Source of the DNA: Trichoplax adhaerens
Taxonomy: Eukaryota; Animalia; Placozoa
Length of the DNA: 64,000 nt
NCBI RefSeq assembly: GCF_000150275.1
Contig: NW_002060946.1
Coordinates: forward strand, 5,289,454 to 5,353,453
Reading direction: 5' to 3'
Shown here: piece by piece, positions 25,961-38,400 of the stretch
Layout of the letters: every line of letters starts with the position of its first letter
Position numbering within the stretch: position 1 is the first letter of the stretch
Notes under the pieces: generated by a model
Told to the model about the DNA's origin: nothing
Database searches by the model: none
Seen by the model: the letters and a program-made list of their open reading frames with translations, nothing else
Program-made: the position numbers and the translations under genes

Positions 25961-28900
25961 TGCAGCAGTAAATAAGTACATGATTTTAAGATAGGAACTA
26001 ATTAAATTTGCGCTGATCACCAAGAATCAACCAATAGGAACTGATTTGTTTCGAATTAGTATTATAGAAAACTTTCTATCGCAATCACGATTGTTCTCAT
26101 TTGCCCGCTCATCCATATTAATTCGTGCTTTTCAAAAAATATATAATTTCAATAAAAATCTGCAAAGTACCTTTTCTGTAGACCCATAAATTTTAGTTAA
26201 ACAAACTAGATATGATCGTGATTTTTATATAACAGAAAAATAATTTATTTGGCTTTGCTAATTACTCCAATTAAATAATTAAATGTTCACTAATATCAAA
26301 TCAGTTTTACTTACCGTACATGTTTTTTATTGAAATTTCGATCCAAGCATGATTTAATTGAAGAATTTGGAAGTTATCGTCATTAAAAGTCGCCAAGCCT
26401 TTCACATAGTTATGTTACATCGGTCACAAGTAATCTATAATAAATCTGCTAGTCTAAGGTCCTTTGCATCCTTAAACCACGGATGAAGGATTATTACCTA
26501 TACAAGAATAGGTCAAAATTAATTACAGGAATTAGAGAGGATGCACGCCTACTAAATTGAATATCCGATATGATTTAAATACGATTATATCATCATGGCT
26601 TCCTTTTAACCATGTTAAACGTAGCTTCGTAAAACATTTCATAGAATCAAGTTATTGCAGGCATAATTGCTATCCATCTTTATAATATTTCCTTCTAAAT
26701 CGGCAGAATAATGCGTGTCATTGCAAGTTGGATAAACAGAGATTTTATTTACCTAACAACTTAAGTAATAAAATAAAATGTGACATTAATCATTCAACCT
26801 TCAGGCAATGCGTGACAGTGCTTATTCTTTACTTTGACTAAATAGCAACGAGAAAATATTATTGTTTTGTATTGTCTACACTTTATTCCTGTTGAATTCT
26901 TGCAATAGCCAAAACTCTTCTAGGATTGAACTCAGGATATGAGCTCAGTTTGTGAAATCTTCTTTCATGAAAGGAGGATTAATACAGTCTTGCAGTATTT
27001 ATACAAAATTCGACTTCCAAACATTACAATATAAATACCAATCTAAATTTTAAAGCATTTCTAAACTACTCTATCATTGAATTTCAATTAATCTCGAAGC
27101 TTTAGCCTACCGAAATTCAGTTTCCAATTTTACTGTGTTGCTAAACCAATCTTTGTTTCTTATTAGCTAAAGGCAAATTTCAATTATTACATAACTATTG
27201 CGTACAAGATTTCAATCCTTACTTCACAATCTATCGAAATTTTTCTACCTGGGTCCTATCGATAAGAGAAACAAATTCCTTTCCTCTAGGCCAATCATTC
27301 TTTAAAGTAGACAGTATTTCATTGAAGGTAGTTCATGCCTTCAAGGGCTATTAAAAATCCAATGCCATTTCTCAGTGAATCCAATTTTTTTTTAGTTTTT
27401 AAAAGTATTGTAGCCATGCAGAAAAGGATGAATCAATCTTGCTCGATTTGAAAATTGTTGCAGGTTAGAGAAATATTTACTAGAACTATGAAGGAATACC
27501 GAAATAGTCTTTTTCCTTACTAAGAACATTATTCTTTTACAAAATATCACCTGTCGATAGTTAAGATTGCTACTTTCAATTCTCTCTTTATTGAATCTAT
27601 AAGAAAGAGTATAACCTCATCGTATAGGTATAAATTCCTTTTTCTCAAGGTATTATCTTCGCTACGGCTGAAAGATTACCAAATAGTCCATTCAATGAAA
27701 GCAATGGTTACATCAAAATGAATTTAACGTACTGTAGATATCCTCAATTTCATCACCATCATATCGACGCAATAATACGACATCAAATTCGATCAATTTG
27801 TCATAATTAAGCTAATTACCTCAGTTAGATGGTTTGAAAGTGGGTTAGCATCTATCAAGAAAAGTATCAAAATAGTCGATTGCGCTTATTAAGCTTAATA
27901 AAGATGTGTACAGCAGATAAGGTTGTAAACTCGTCCATCCTATAGTTTATGAGTTGACATTTTAAGATAGATGATCACAGTTTGCCCAATTTTATCTCAC
28001 ATACTATTCAATAGTTGAAATAGAATTGATAGAAGAATAAACCTCCCCAAACTAAGAGATTTATTCTCTTTAGGGCAACCCTAGTGATTAACTGCCGTAA
28101 ATTTATAGCACATATTACGGTACCTTAACTACACTTAATAAGTCGGTAGTTTGACAGTATTTGTAAATATAAATTTATTTTTGTTTGCGTTAAGATATAG
28201 ACAGCTAAAATCCTATCGACAATATAATTTCAGATCAAGCTAAAATCACAATGATTGATGGTGACATTATAAACCATCTTTATTCTTTGAAAAATGTAGA
28301 TATCCTTATTGCCTCATTAACTATTCGAATTGAAGTCTCTCAGTGAAGGTGGGTTATGAATATTGAAAATATCATTGGCTGGAAAAATATTGCGGTAGTT
28401 TTGAATTAAGTATAATTTATTATCGATTTGCGCCTAAGGATAGGAATTTTGGCCATTACCTGCTTTGAATTAATATTCTAGCTAGGTGAAATTTTATTAC
28501 GGTACCTAATTTAAAATATATTATTTATGCGTGCCCATCCATGTCCACTTTCCATACGGAACCGGATATTAAATACTATGGAAAAATATATTTAAATACT
28601 TTCTACCCTTTTTAGATTGATTGATACACACCTGGCAATTGCAATTCCAGGTTAGCAATTTCGTTGAAAGATGAAATTCATCAGTTTCACAGGAACAGTA
28701 AACAAAGCTACCATTTTTTCTGGTTTTCTTATTTTTCACTCCATATAACATTAAATGACGTGTTTATAAATATTCAACAAAATTTGCAAAACAAAGGAGT
28801 AATCCTAGTCTAAGTGTTATTGATTTTGAGCCAAACTGGAACCATCACAGCGTCAAAGCTTTGCTATTTGTCTGATTTGAATGAACGACTTCATTGATGC

Positions 28901-29065
28901 TAATTCAAATCAATGGAAAGGAATAATTAAACACATTATTGATTTAGCAACATTCTCCAGTGATAAACAAGAAATCTATTGCCGAGGTGAAGACTTTAAG
29001 TTGGCATTTTATTAGTTTTGTGTCATTTTTGAGCGTGTATAACACCNNAAAATACCCCTGAAAAT

Positions 29066-29116
29066 ANNNNNNNNNNNNNNNNNNNNNNNNNNNNNNNNNN
29101 NNNNNNNNNNNNNNNN
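29066..29116. other. Assembly gap (N run)
   Basis: Run of n, plus two ambiguous bases at 29047-29048. Confidence 0.99.
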
Positions 29117-31001
29117 ATGAGATGCTAAACAAATATTTTACGACAGCGGCACAAATAATTGAAGTTAATGTTTATTAATTTTGCGTCATCTCCAACTCAT
29201 ATAACGTCAGAATATGGCGGCAAGATTAAGTAAACGAATTTATTGATGCCAAATGAAAATTTACAGTAGAAAAGAATTATTCAAGTTGGTATTAAGCTAA
29301 ATTATTCAGTAACATCAGTTATTGAAGAGGTTATTATTAGTACACAAACATGGGTAGTGTACCCATATTTATTCTATATCAATCATTCTATACAGTAGAA
29401 AGGAATAGTTATATCATGCTGTAAATTATTGATTTTGCGCCATTCTTTAATCTTTACAACGCCAAGAATTGGTTGCAGGATTGAATGAATAAATTCATTC
29501 ATAGGAAATAATTTCTGTTGTAGAATGGAATACTACGTATAAGTTTCTATCTTGTTGATTTTTACGTCATTCCTGAACCCCTAAAACGTCAATTTTTTTT
29601 TGATATTAAACATGGAGGCATAGTTCTACAAAAAAGTAATATGACTTAAGTCTATATTTATAGACTGATATCATTATTAAACTTCTACCTGGTCGAAAAT
29701 TTTGAAGTTGAACTGCTAAAGTATTCACAGTAATTTATAATTGTTATTCTATGCAAGTCTTTCCTTGATACAATTGATTTATTGAGTCTTAAGCTTGTTC
29801 TTCAACCAATTTCAGAGACAATTTAAATCCTTTATTTGACGTACCGGTAGCCGACTATGGCTGTAATATAGGTCTACGGTTTCTCGCTGATATAACCGAA
29901 ACGCTTTTAATAAGTTATATCCGGGCTAGTCAATATTATTCGATTCTTTAATGTATCCTCCTTTTTATTTCAATGGATCAAAATGAAAGATGTTTTTTTC
30001 ACTTAATTAAAGTGTTTTACGATATAATTTCAATCAACAAAACTTGTTCGATGATTTTTTGAATAATAAGACAATTTTTGATAAACATGTTTACCTATAT
30101 GACATGATTAATTTACCAGAAAAGTGATAGTACTTTATTGTACATAAAATTGATTAACACCGGCTAATTTAAAAATTTCTAATGTAAACAATTTGCTAGA
30201 TCATTCATATAGGAAAGAGAAATTACGGTACAGCAATTTCTTATTCTAAATCAGCTTAATATTCACTTTAAAATGATCATTATCCTGTCGGTGCATCTAA
30301 TAATATTTCTTTAATTAGACAGGAGATATTTACGCCAGACTTATTTACAGTATTATATAAATCAAGTAATATTTTGTCCGTTTTCAACGGAAGATAACTA
30401 TACATCTTGAGACAGAGAATACCTACCGATATCTATCCACTTGATATCAATATTAATAAATATATTGAAAAAGACATGATACAGTCAAATAAGACGGCTC
30501 ATTTTATTTGAAAAGAATGCCAAATGTCGATATATAATTTAATTTGTAATAGCTGCATCTGTTAACTCGTAAAATGGCAGGCAAATATCCTCAATGAAAT
30601 AGGCAAAATTGATACGGGTTAGACCGATTCGAATTCGTATTTCCATTGAAAACCTATCATAATTATTTACCATGTCTATCGCCTGTTGAGAATGTAGTAT
30701 AAATTAAAATAGCAATAAAATAACTTCAATCTCAACGTAATACTAGAAATAATTTAGGTATGTTGGGAATTCATATGCTGTGATAGTGATATTGATATGA
30801 GAAATGGAAAAGCGGATTATTATAGAATAGAAAATTACTCTACTTGATTGATAGTAGTGCCATCCAAGGCTAGAACTGATCCTTTATCCTTATGCAATAT
30901 ATTATTCTTCAACTTATTTTAGGTTGTAGATATTTGTGCCATAAAAGTAAATTCGAATATTATTATTTAAAGATCGAAATTATCAGATGCATTTAGTATT
31001 C

Positions 31002-31460
31002 TAGGCTTGGATATAGGAATTGATTTCAGCTGCGATTAAAATTTCACCAAGGCAGTTATAGAATTCTTGAACATTCCACTGACAGTATCCTAGGCTTGGG
31101 TATAGGAATCTACTTCAGTTTCGATTAAAATTTCTCCAAGGCAGTTATAGAATTCTTGAACATTCCACTGACAGTATCCTGGGCTTGGTATAGCAATCAA
31201 TTTCAGCTACGACAGAAATTTCACTAAGTCAGTTGTAGTACTCTTGGACATCCTACTAACAATATTCCAGGCTTGAGCATAGCAATCGATTTCAGCTATG
31301 ATCGAAATTTTACCAAGACAGTTGTAAAACTCTTAGATATTCCACTAGCCCCATTTAGACTTAAGTATAGTAATCGATTTTAGCTAATCAATTTTAGCTA
31401 TGATTGGGATTTAACCGAGGCAGTTGTAGGACTCTTTGACATTCCGTTCACTGTATTTGA
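31002..31460. repeat. Tandem array of ~89 bp units (about 5) overlapping the GPCR stop codon
   Basis: Units start near 31002, 31091, 31180, 31269 and 31357 (ggcttg..tatag.aat..atttcagct..gat.aaaattt..ccaaggcagtt.tag...tctt..acattcc). The last unit runs into the CDS. Confidence 0.9.
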
Positions 31461-32747
31461 ACTACATGTTGTGCTCAGGGTTGGATCATCATCTGCAACA
31501 GGATGGATTGATCCAGAACGCCCTAGCAAAGGATTAACAGCGATATGGCGTATAGCAGCAGCGCGCACATTGTCCACATTTTTAAGTAGATTTTGTTCAT
31601 CGAACTGCCTCATGGATAATCGCCGATGATGATATTCACTAACAAAGGATAGACTTCTTTCTAAGGCATATTCTCGAACATAACACGGTAAACATTTAGG
31701 GTGGCAATAAAGTGAAATTAATCGTCCTAAACCAATACGATAATTTTTACTATAGCGCGGATAGAGAATAGGATTGATTGCTGAATTTAAAATGGTCATT
31801 GTGGATATGATCGATAATGCTATAGGTGAAAATTTTTTATCATTACTTACTAAACGATAAATATTAATAATAATATAAGGGAGCCAACAGGCTAAAAATG
31901 GCCCTAATATAATAAAGATATTGGCTACAGCTTTTAGTTTACTTTTACTCCGTCGTATTTGCTGTCGTTGGCGAAACATGAGACTAAATCGTCGACCTTT
32001 TTCTTCTGGTGGTGGTTGATTGATAGTCATTAATGGCATATCGCCGACTTTCTTGACAGCAACCCGTAAGACAAGAATATAAAGTATGACAATAATAATT
32101 ACTGGACAAATAAATGAAATACCAAAGAGGAAAAAAGTAAATGTTGTACCAACAAAAATATCAACAAAGCACATTGCTTCAGAGGGATGATAAGTATAGC
32201 GACTCCAACCTATTAAGGGTAAAATGGAGACAACAATCGATTGTAACCATGAATAAATTAGCATAGCTAATGTTCGATTATGTGTTATCCATTTATGATA
32301 GCGAAATGGTTTAACGATAGCCAGGTAACTATCCACACTCATCATGGCAATGGTAATAATTGATTCAGTAAATAAAGTACTATTAACGAAGCCAACCCAT
32401 TGGCACATGCCATCACCTAGCGACCAGCGACTCGCTGTAGCTGTAGTAATGATAATGATAGGGGATAGAAATAGACCAGAGAGAAAGTTCGTTATAGCTA
32501 AATTGAGGATAAACCAACCCGTTGGACGGTGTAATAATTGGGTCGATTTAACCACTGCGATCGCTGTAATATTACCGATGAGTATGATCATAAGTAATAA
32601 GACATGGATTGTTAATTTAATGCCAATGTAACTTGATGTTTGTAAAATCCAATAGGGTGAAGATTGATTGATACCATACTCTCCACCCGTAGGGATTGGA
32701 TCGCTAATGTTGATATTGGGAGATCGTAGATAAATTTGTTGCTGCAT
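31398..32747 (-). CDS. Rhodopsin-family (class A) GPCR, GPR161-like, 449 aa, intronless CDS
   Basis: Seven hydrophobic segments: TM1 GN, TM2 NLAITNF, TM3 Cys and DSY, TM4 W, TM5 FICP, TM6 FLACWLPY, TM7 NSAINPILY. The ITHNRTLAMLIYSWLQS and LPLIGWS segments resemble GPR161 from memory; orthology is not established. Probable 5' UTR splice acceptor at 33441. Confidence 0.93.
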   Translation of the reverse strand: MQQQIYLRSPNINISDPIPTGGEYGINQSSPYWILQTSSYIGIKLTIHVLLLMIILIGNITAIAVVKSTQLLHRPTGWFILNLAITNFLSGLFLSPIIIITTATASRWSLGDGMCQWVGFVNSTLFTESIITIAMMSVDSYLAIVKPFRYHKWITHNRTLAMLIYSWLQSIVVSILPLIGWSRYTYHPSEAMCFVDIFVGTTFTFFLFGISFICPVIIIVILYILVLRVAVKKVGDMPLMTINQPPPEEKGRRFSLMFRQRQQIRRSKSKLKAVANIFIILGPFLACWLPYIIINIYRLVSNDKKFSPIALSIISTMTILNSAINPILYPRYSKNYRIGLGRLISLYCHPKCLPCYVREYALERSLSFVSEYHHRRLSMRQFDEQNLLKNVDNVRAAAIRHIAVNPLLGRSGSIHPVADDDPTLSTTCSSNTVNGMSKSPTTASVKSQS

Positions 32748-35700
32748 CGTATTGAAAGAGATTTTTTAAGAGCTCGTATCAATAAATAGTGATGATCAAA
32801 TGCTTACACTTCGAATAAGTGACAAGCGAAGGACCCAATCAGTTCGTAAGGAAGCTTACCAATGGAAAACTTGTAAACAAGTCTGGGAAATATTGAAGTG
32901 TTTTGAAAATGCAATTTGAATAGTTAACCTGTAAACAAGCTTGTGACTTGACTTTTGAAGAAATAATTTAGGTTCGATCTAATGGACGGGCTTCTATCAC
33001 GCTAAGAGACTTGCAATATTGCCAAGTTGGATACTAGCTTGCCAATAGAATACTAGTAATTCAATCGGTTGCGTGGAGTAAAGAAAGTTTGGAAATTTAA
33101 GACAATCCGATAAATTGACTTTTTTTAAGATTGATCAAGCCGATGATATATCGAATTGAGCCAATTGGAGGGGATTTTTTGCTGCCTTCCAGGTGCTATG
33201 AAAATCGTTGAGTTTATCAAAGATGATAAATCAAAATTTACAAGCAGACCCTAGGATAAACTGATGCGAATCTTCGATGATAGAGACTTTATCAATAAGG
33301 TGAAGGATTGCCTTAGGCCATGATCTTGATCAAATTATTTGATATATTGCATCGATTGATAGTTTAAACTGCCTGAGGGTATATAAGGGATAACTTTCTC
33401 TTTTCTTGCTCTTGTGCTTGAGTTGTGCTTTAAATATGACCTGCCGATAGAAAAGTGAGGATTAAATCGACGTTAGAGGGGCAAATAAATGGGTTGCAAC
33501 TATCACCTTGAGCTTAGACAATCAACTATTTTATCCACTACAGTACATTCAAATGGTAATGGAAATACAATCAAGTTGGATTAATGGGTATGTTATATAA
33601 ATACCAATGACGTACTGAGTCTTAAAAATAGGCTACAATTGCGTAAAGTTAATGATAAATGATTGAGGCGAAAGAATAAAAATTATAAATCCTTCTTCAA
33701 CCAACAATTCTAGTAAAGACAATAAAATTGTCCTTATTAGAATAGAGGATAACAGGATGGCGGTAAATATTGAAGACAACGATCAAATTGAGTCCAAATT
33801 TTAGACAATAATAGTGGAAATGATCGATCTTTACTGTTCCTCTATTCTCACTGATCGTATTCAAAAAGTAATAATAGCTAGGATTTTCAATGAAATCAAT
33901 ATAAAATACTGATTTAAATATATTTAGATAAGGATTGAATGCAGGATAGATGATAATCTTCAATTCTCCACCTGGAACAAATTGATCTAAATTGCATGAG
34001 TGTAATGAAGTACCACCAATTCTACAAGAATACCCATTACAAATATGATTTTGTGTTAGAGTAGACAAAGATCATCCGAAAAAATAAATTCATTTCAACT
34101 CAATGCGAGGAAAATCAGTATTATTTAGAGTAGAATAGCTCATGAAAGAAATGAAATAGTTTAATAACAGTCTATTCCATGACTAAAAATTTATGGCTAA
34201 GCATAACATGCCTATTGTAGTATTTAGTAATTGGTTATGGCTAATACGTGGGAAAGATTATTGATTCATCTTTGAAATGATGAATAATGTCGTCGCTAGT
34301 CAAAAGGGATGGTTGGGGGATAAAATTGTTGGATGACATGTAGAAACTTGTCTTAATTGGCTGGCGTAGGGTACCGTTACATTCTTACAATAAAAGAATG
34401 AAAGATAAATTACTAAAGAGAAAATATGACTATTAATTCTCCTATAGCTGGGGAGGATTCCTAGAGAATCAATTAGATATCTATTCATTTCAATTGGCAA
34501 TTTAGAATAGAGGAAATGGGATGATCGTTCGTAGATCACTTAGATGCCTAATTTGCAGTTGAGAAATGAATGATAGCCATTAAGTTTATTCAGTAGGTCG
34601 TTTAGAAGGTAGGAATAAGTCAATTTTGTTCGATTAATTAGCTGGATTAACTATTATAGTTTGCAAATCGCTATTGGGTAAATAGGAAACGTTATGGCGA
34701 TTGATTGAATAAGTCATCATGATTGGATTAGCCGGTTGGGTCATTTGCTATTGAAGAACAGATGATAAAGACTTGGAGAAAGTCAAGTGAAACAAAATGT
34801 TTTATAATTAGATGGAAGGTTTAGAAATAAAATCGATATTTTTATTCTCAACATGGATAGTCTACTTTAATTGGCCGACTAGCGGATTATTTGAATAGGT
34901 CAGAAAATTGACGATGACTCAGAGTAGGAAGGATTGCTTCTAATTGAACAGGATATAGGTAGGATAGAATAGACTAATTCTTCTTAATCACTGATTGAAT
35001 TTAGAATCTTACATTAATTAACTCGTAGAGTAATCAGATAATTGAAATAGTTGGAATAATGACCTAGAGCAAGTCTGATTATAGCTGATTTTAAAACATA
35101 GTTGTGAAAAAAGATTGATTCGCTTTTCTACTATGATGGCCATAGCCATTTCATGTTGCTGCAGTTCCATATAAAAAAAATTAGCCAAGTGCTATCGCTC
35201 GTTGAAATGAAGAGAACCATTGTGGATAAATTACAACAAATTTATAACCTGGTATTTGCAAAGAAGATTTTAACAAATTAAATACTAGTAGCTATTCTGT
35301 GATCATAGAATCTTGCTTTCAAGCTATCCTATTATTACGATAGACGCATTCTTTTAAATGCTTATTAATCCCTTATTTCACCCAAGAATGCTTTGAAAAT
35401 TGTCTAAATACTCATCGATATGGCCAATTCTATCCAAATCGATTCTATGCAATTGTAGTTTAAGGTTAAAATTATGAACATAGTAACCAATCGAGGGTAT
35501 TCTCCTAGAAAGATGACTCATTGCTCATGAAAAGATGGATTGACAGTTATTGAAAAGATTCTCATTTTTGACGCTATTGACTATGGCATTGGCTTAAAAT
35601 GATACAGCTGGAGAAACATACTTTCACTAACTCTAGGGCCATTTTAATTACTGTTCTAAATTGAAATTAGCTCATTTATTCATGTAGAATTTGTTTTTGA

Positions 35701-36259
35701 TTATCTTTGACAATATAGACTATTTTGAATTGGGGCTATTCCCTTTATAAGTTAAATAAGTAATCCTAATATTGTTTTATTCATTCTTAAATGAAGATTC
35801 TGATGACTATTCTTTTCTATGATGGTATTCTTAGTAAATATCGGCATGAGTTTTTACATTAAAAGAGAAATCGGGATGAAGAAATTCGGTTGAGGACAGG
35901 AGGAGAAAAGTTTTGATTGAAAGATCCCTGATAGTAGATAATCTATCCGTCTAGAAAATTGTGGTTAGGAATAATTTTTTCGTAAGCGAGTAATTGCATT
36001 CGATATGATCAGCAGCCAAATTTATATAGCTATTGCAAGTATGGAGAATAGCAAATGATCATTCAATACCAGATATAATGACTCAATAGTCATAAAATTA
36101 ATCATAAAAAATAATTCATCTGGTCAAAATGGATAGATTAGTCCATCAAAGAATGCAAAAGGATATCCACTTATGATACTTTACAAGCGTTTAGCTTGTT
36201 CTCTGACTTAGCTAATGTAGTAAACAACAGCATTAGTGTTATCAATTCATTAATAGTCT

Positions 36260-37300
36260 TTGATTAAGAATCATTTGAAAATTAAATGTCATGACAAGAA
36301 CCTACAAGGTGAAAATATGTCAATTAATTTTTCATTGGTGAATGTTCTCTTAGTGATTATCAAGACAAAATTGGAAGTAATTGGATTGATCTGTTTAACA
36401 AGACATTCTCAGTCACTGCATGTTGGTTTACAGATGAAAGCAATTTAAATTGTCTTGTATCACAAGAAAATCTTTCTTGGTTGGGGATTGATGATGAATT
36501 AAGAAAACAATTTCTTTCATGTCCTCAATCGTCATGTTAAAGTTGGAAGTAATTTTAATAGGCCTATTGAGTAAGGAATTTTCTGTCGTTGCATCTCGAT
36601 GGAAAGCTGGAAACAATTTGAATTGTTTTAGCTCACAAGAAAGCCAGTTAAGGCTGCTAGTGAATGATTAGACAAAATTTTCACTCTTTTCTTCAATAGC
36701 TATCATAAATTTGGGAGCAATTTTAATAGGCCTATTGAGCAAGATATTTCCTGTCACTATCTATTGACTTAGAGCTGACAATAATTTCAATTGCTTTGCT
36801 TTGCTTTACGAGACAGTCTGTTGTAGCTCTTAGTGAATGATTTAAGAAAAAAATTCTCTCCCTTAATACCCATCGTAAAGTGGAGATTAATTTTAGTAGA
36901 CCAATTTAGCCAAATAATTCTCTTCTCTGTCCATTGACTTATATCTGACAACAGTTTTAATTGCTTTGCGTTACAAGAAGGACTGTTATAGCTGTTAATG
37001 GATGATTAAAGAAAAAATTTTTCTCTTTCCTTCAATAGCTATTATGAAATGAAGAATATTTTTAATAGGCTCATTATTTAACAAGACATTTCCTGTCGCT
37101 CTATGTTGATATAGATCTAGAAACAATTTGAATTGTCTAGCCTTACAAGAATGTTATTCATACTGCTGGTTCAAGGTGAAAGAAAAATGTTTTTCTAAAT
37201 AAAGTGAAAAATAAATTTGAATTGGCCTGTTTAGCTAGACATTTTGATTGTCTCTGCCAGTGAGCAGACTAAAAATATTCTTCTTTTAGCCTCTATAGGA
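36260..37300. repeat. Degenerate tandem array, ~6 units of ~170 bp
   Basis: Anchor aattttaataggcctattgag near 36379, 36551, 36719, 36889, 37057 and 37213. Second anchor aacaatttgaattgt...acaagaa. Confidence 0.8.
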
Positions 37301-37319
37301 AGAAGTTTTAGGACCACAG

Positions 37320-37810
37320 TAGTGTAAAAATAGACGCACATCCTATGCTATGATGTTAGTGATACCAACAATTTTCAAAGTGTATTCAATATGACTGAAA
37401 ATATCCTCATCAATGGCTAAATTAAATAGATGGATAAGCAGAAAATGATTCGTAAGCCTCAATACAAAGAAACCTATGACTAGTGTAAAAATGGATGCCC
37501 ATCCTAGATCACTACGTTAGCGATGCTAAAAATTGTTTTAAGTATATTCTGTAAGATTAAAAATATCTTCATTAATTGTTATTGAGAAAGTCCATGGGCT
37601 ATGGTAATAGTTTCAACAGAACGAGAGTTAGTTCAACTATGTTTGCAATCGGTATAAAAATGGATGTATTTCCTAGATCATGACGTAGGCAACGCTAAGG
37701 ATCCTTCAAAACGTATTCTATACGATTAAAAATGTCTTCATCAATAGTTCAAATGGGATAGTTGATGAACTATGGGATAATAATTTTAGCACAACAAGAG
37801 TTAATTCAAA
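37320..37810. repeat. Degenerate tandem array, 3 units of ~160-170 bp
   Basis: gt(g/a)taaaaat(a/g)ga...tccta...gtattc...aaaaat.tc.tcat at 37320, 37481 and 37650. Confidence 0.8.
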
Positions 37811-38034
37811 AAGGCTTGATATCATTAAGAGATTTTCAATGACAGATCAATGGTGCAAATTTCTCTATGGACGTGTGATTGAGTAAGGATATCAACACAA
37901 ACTTGATAATAGACAAAATTCACTAAATTTTTAACTACAATTCAGTAGCAAGGCATTGCTATAACTAGTAAAAGAAAGGATCTTCTTAAGTACTAATAGC
38001 CTAATAACGTCAGTACATCTGAAAATTTCGTATA

Positions 38035-38400
38035 GGTTAGACACACGGTTAAAACTAATTCTATCTATCTTCAGCAGTAACTATTTCCACCACTTCAGTT
38101 GAAGAGGTTTTAATTAATAATTATGTTAGTCAATCTTAAGAATAATTTACTTAAGAACAATCTACTTAAGTTAAATGCACAGCTAAAAATAATTCTATCT
38201 ATCTTCAACACTAAACTGTTTCCATTGCTTCAGCTTGAAGACGTCTTAATAAATAATCATGTTGATAATCTTGGCAATAATTTGCTAAAGTTAAATCTAC
38301 GGTTGAAACTAATTCTATCTATCTCCAACGGCAAGCTATTTCTATTACTTCAGCTTGAAGATGGTATAATAAATAATCGTATTGGAAAATCTTTGGGGAT
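38035..38400. repeat. Tandem array, 3 units of ~120-135 bp
   Basis: taattctatctatct...cttcag(c)ttgaaga in units starting near 38035, 38170 and 38290. This array explains ORF 38123..38410. Confidence 0.85.

Noticed and set aside
28750-29850. Cluster of CRE half-sites (tgacg/cgtca)
   Set aside because: Short words that could occur by chance, the region spans an assembly gap, and no gene start is nearby.
16400-31000. Hidden gene or transposon in the long intergenic region (ORFs at 19294, 23458, 28569 and 28944)
   Set aside because: The ORFs are short and AT-biased with no motifs. I saw no consistent exon chain, terminal repeats or transposase/RT signature by eye, though a weak gene could have been missed.
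32344-32631. Antisense ORF inside the GPCR
   Set aside because: Typical shadow ORF opposite hydrophobic codons, with no independent evidence.
31398-32747. Opsin or biogenic amine receptor assignment
   Set aside because: No Lys at 7.43 and no Asp at 3.32.
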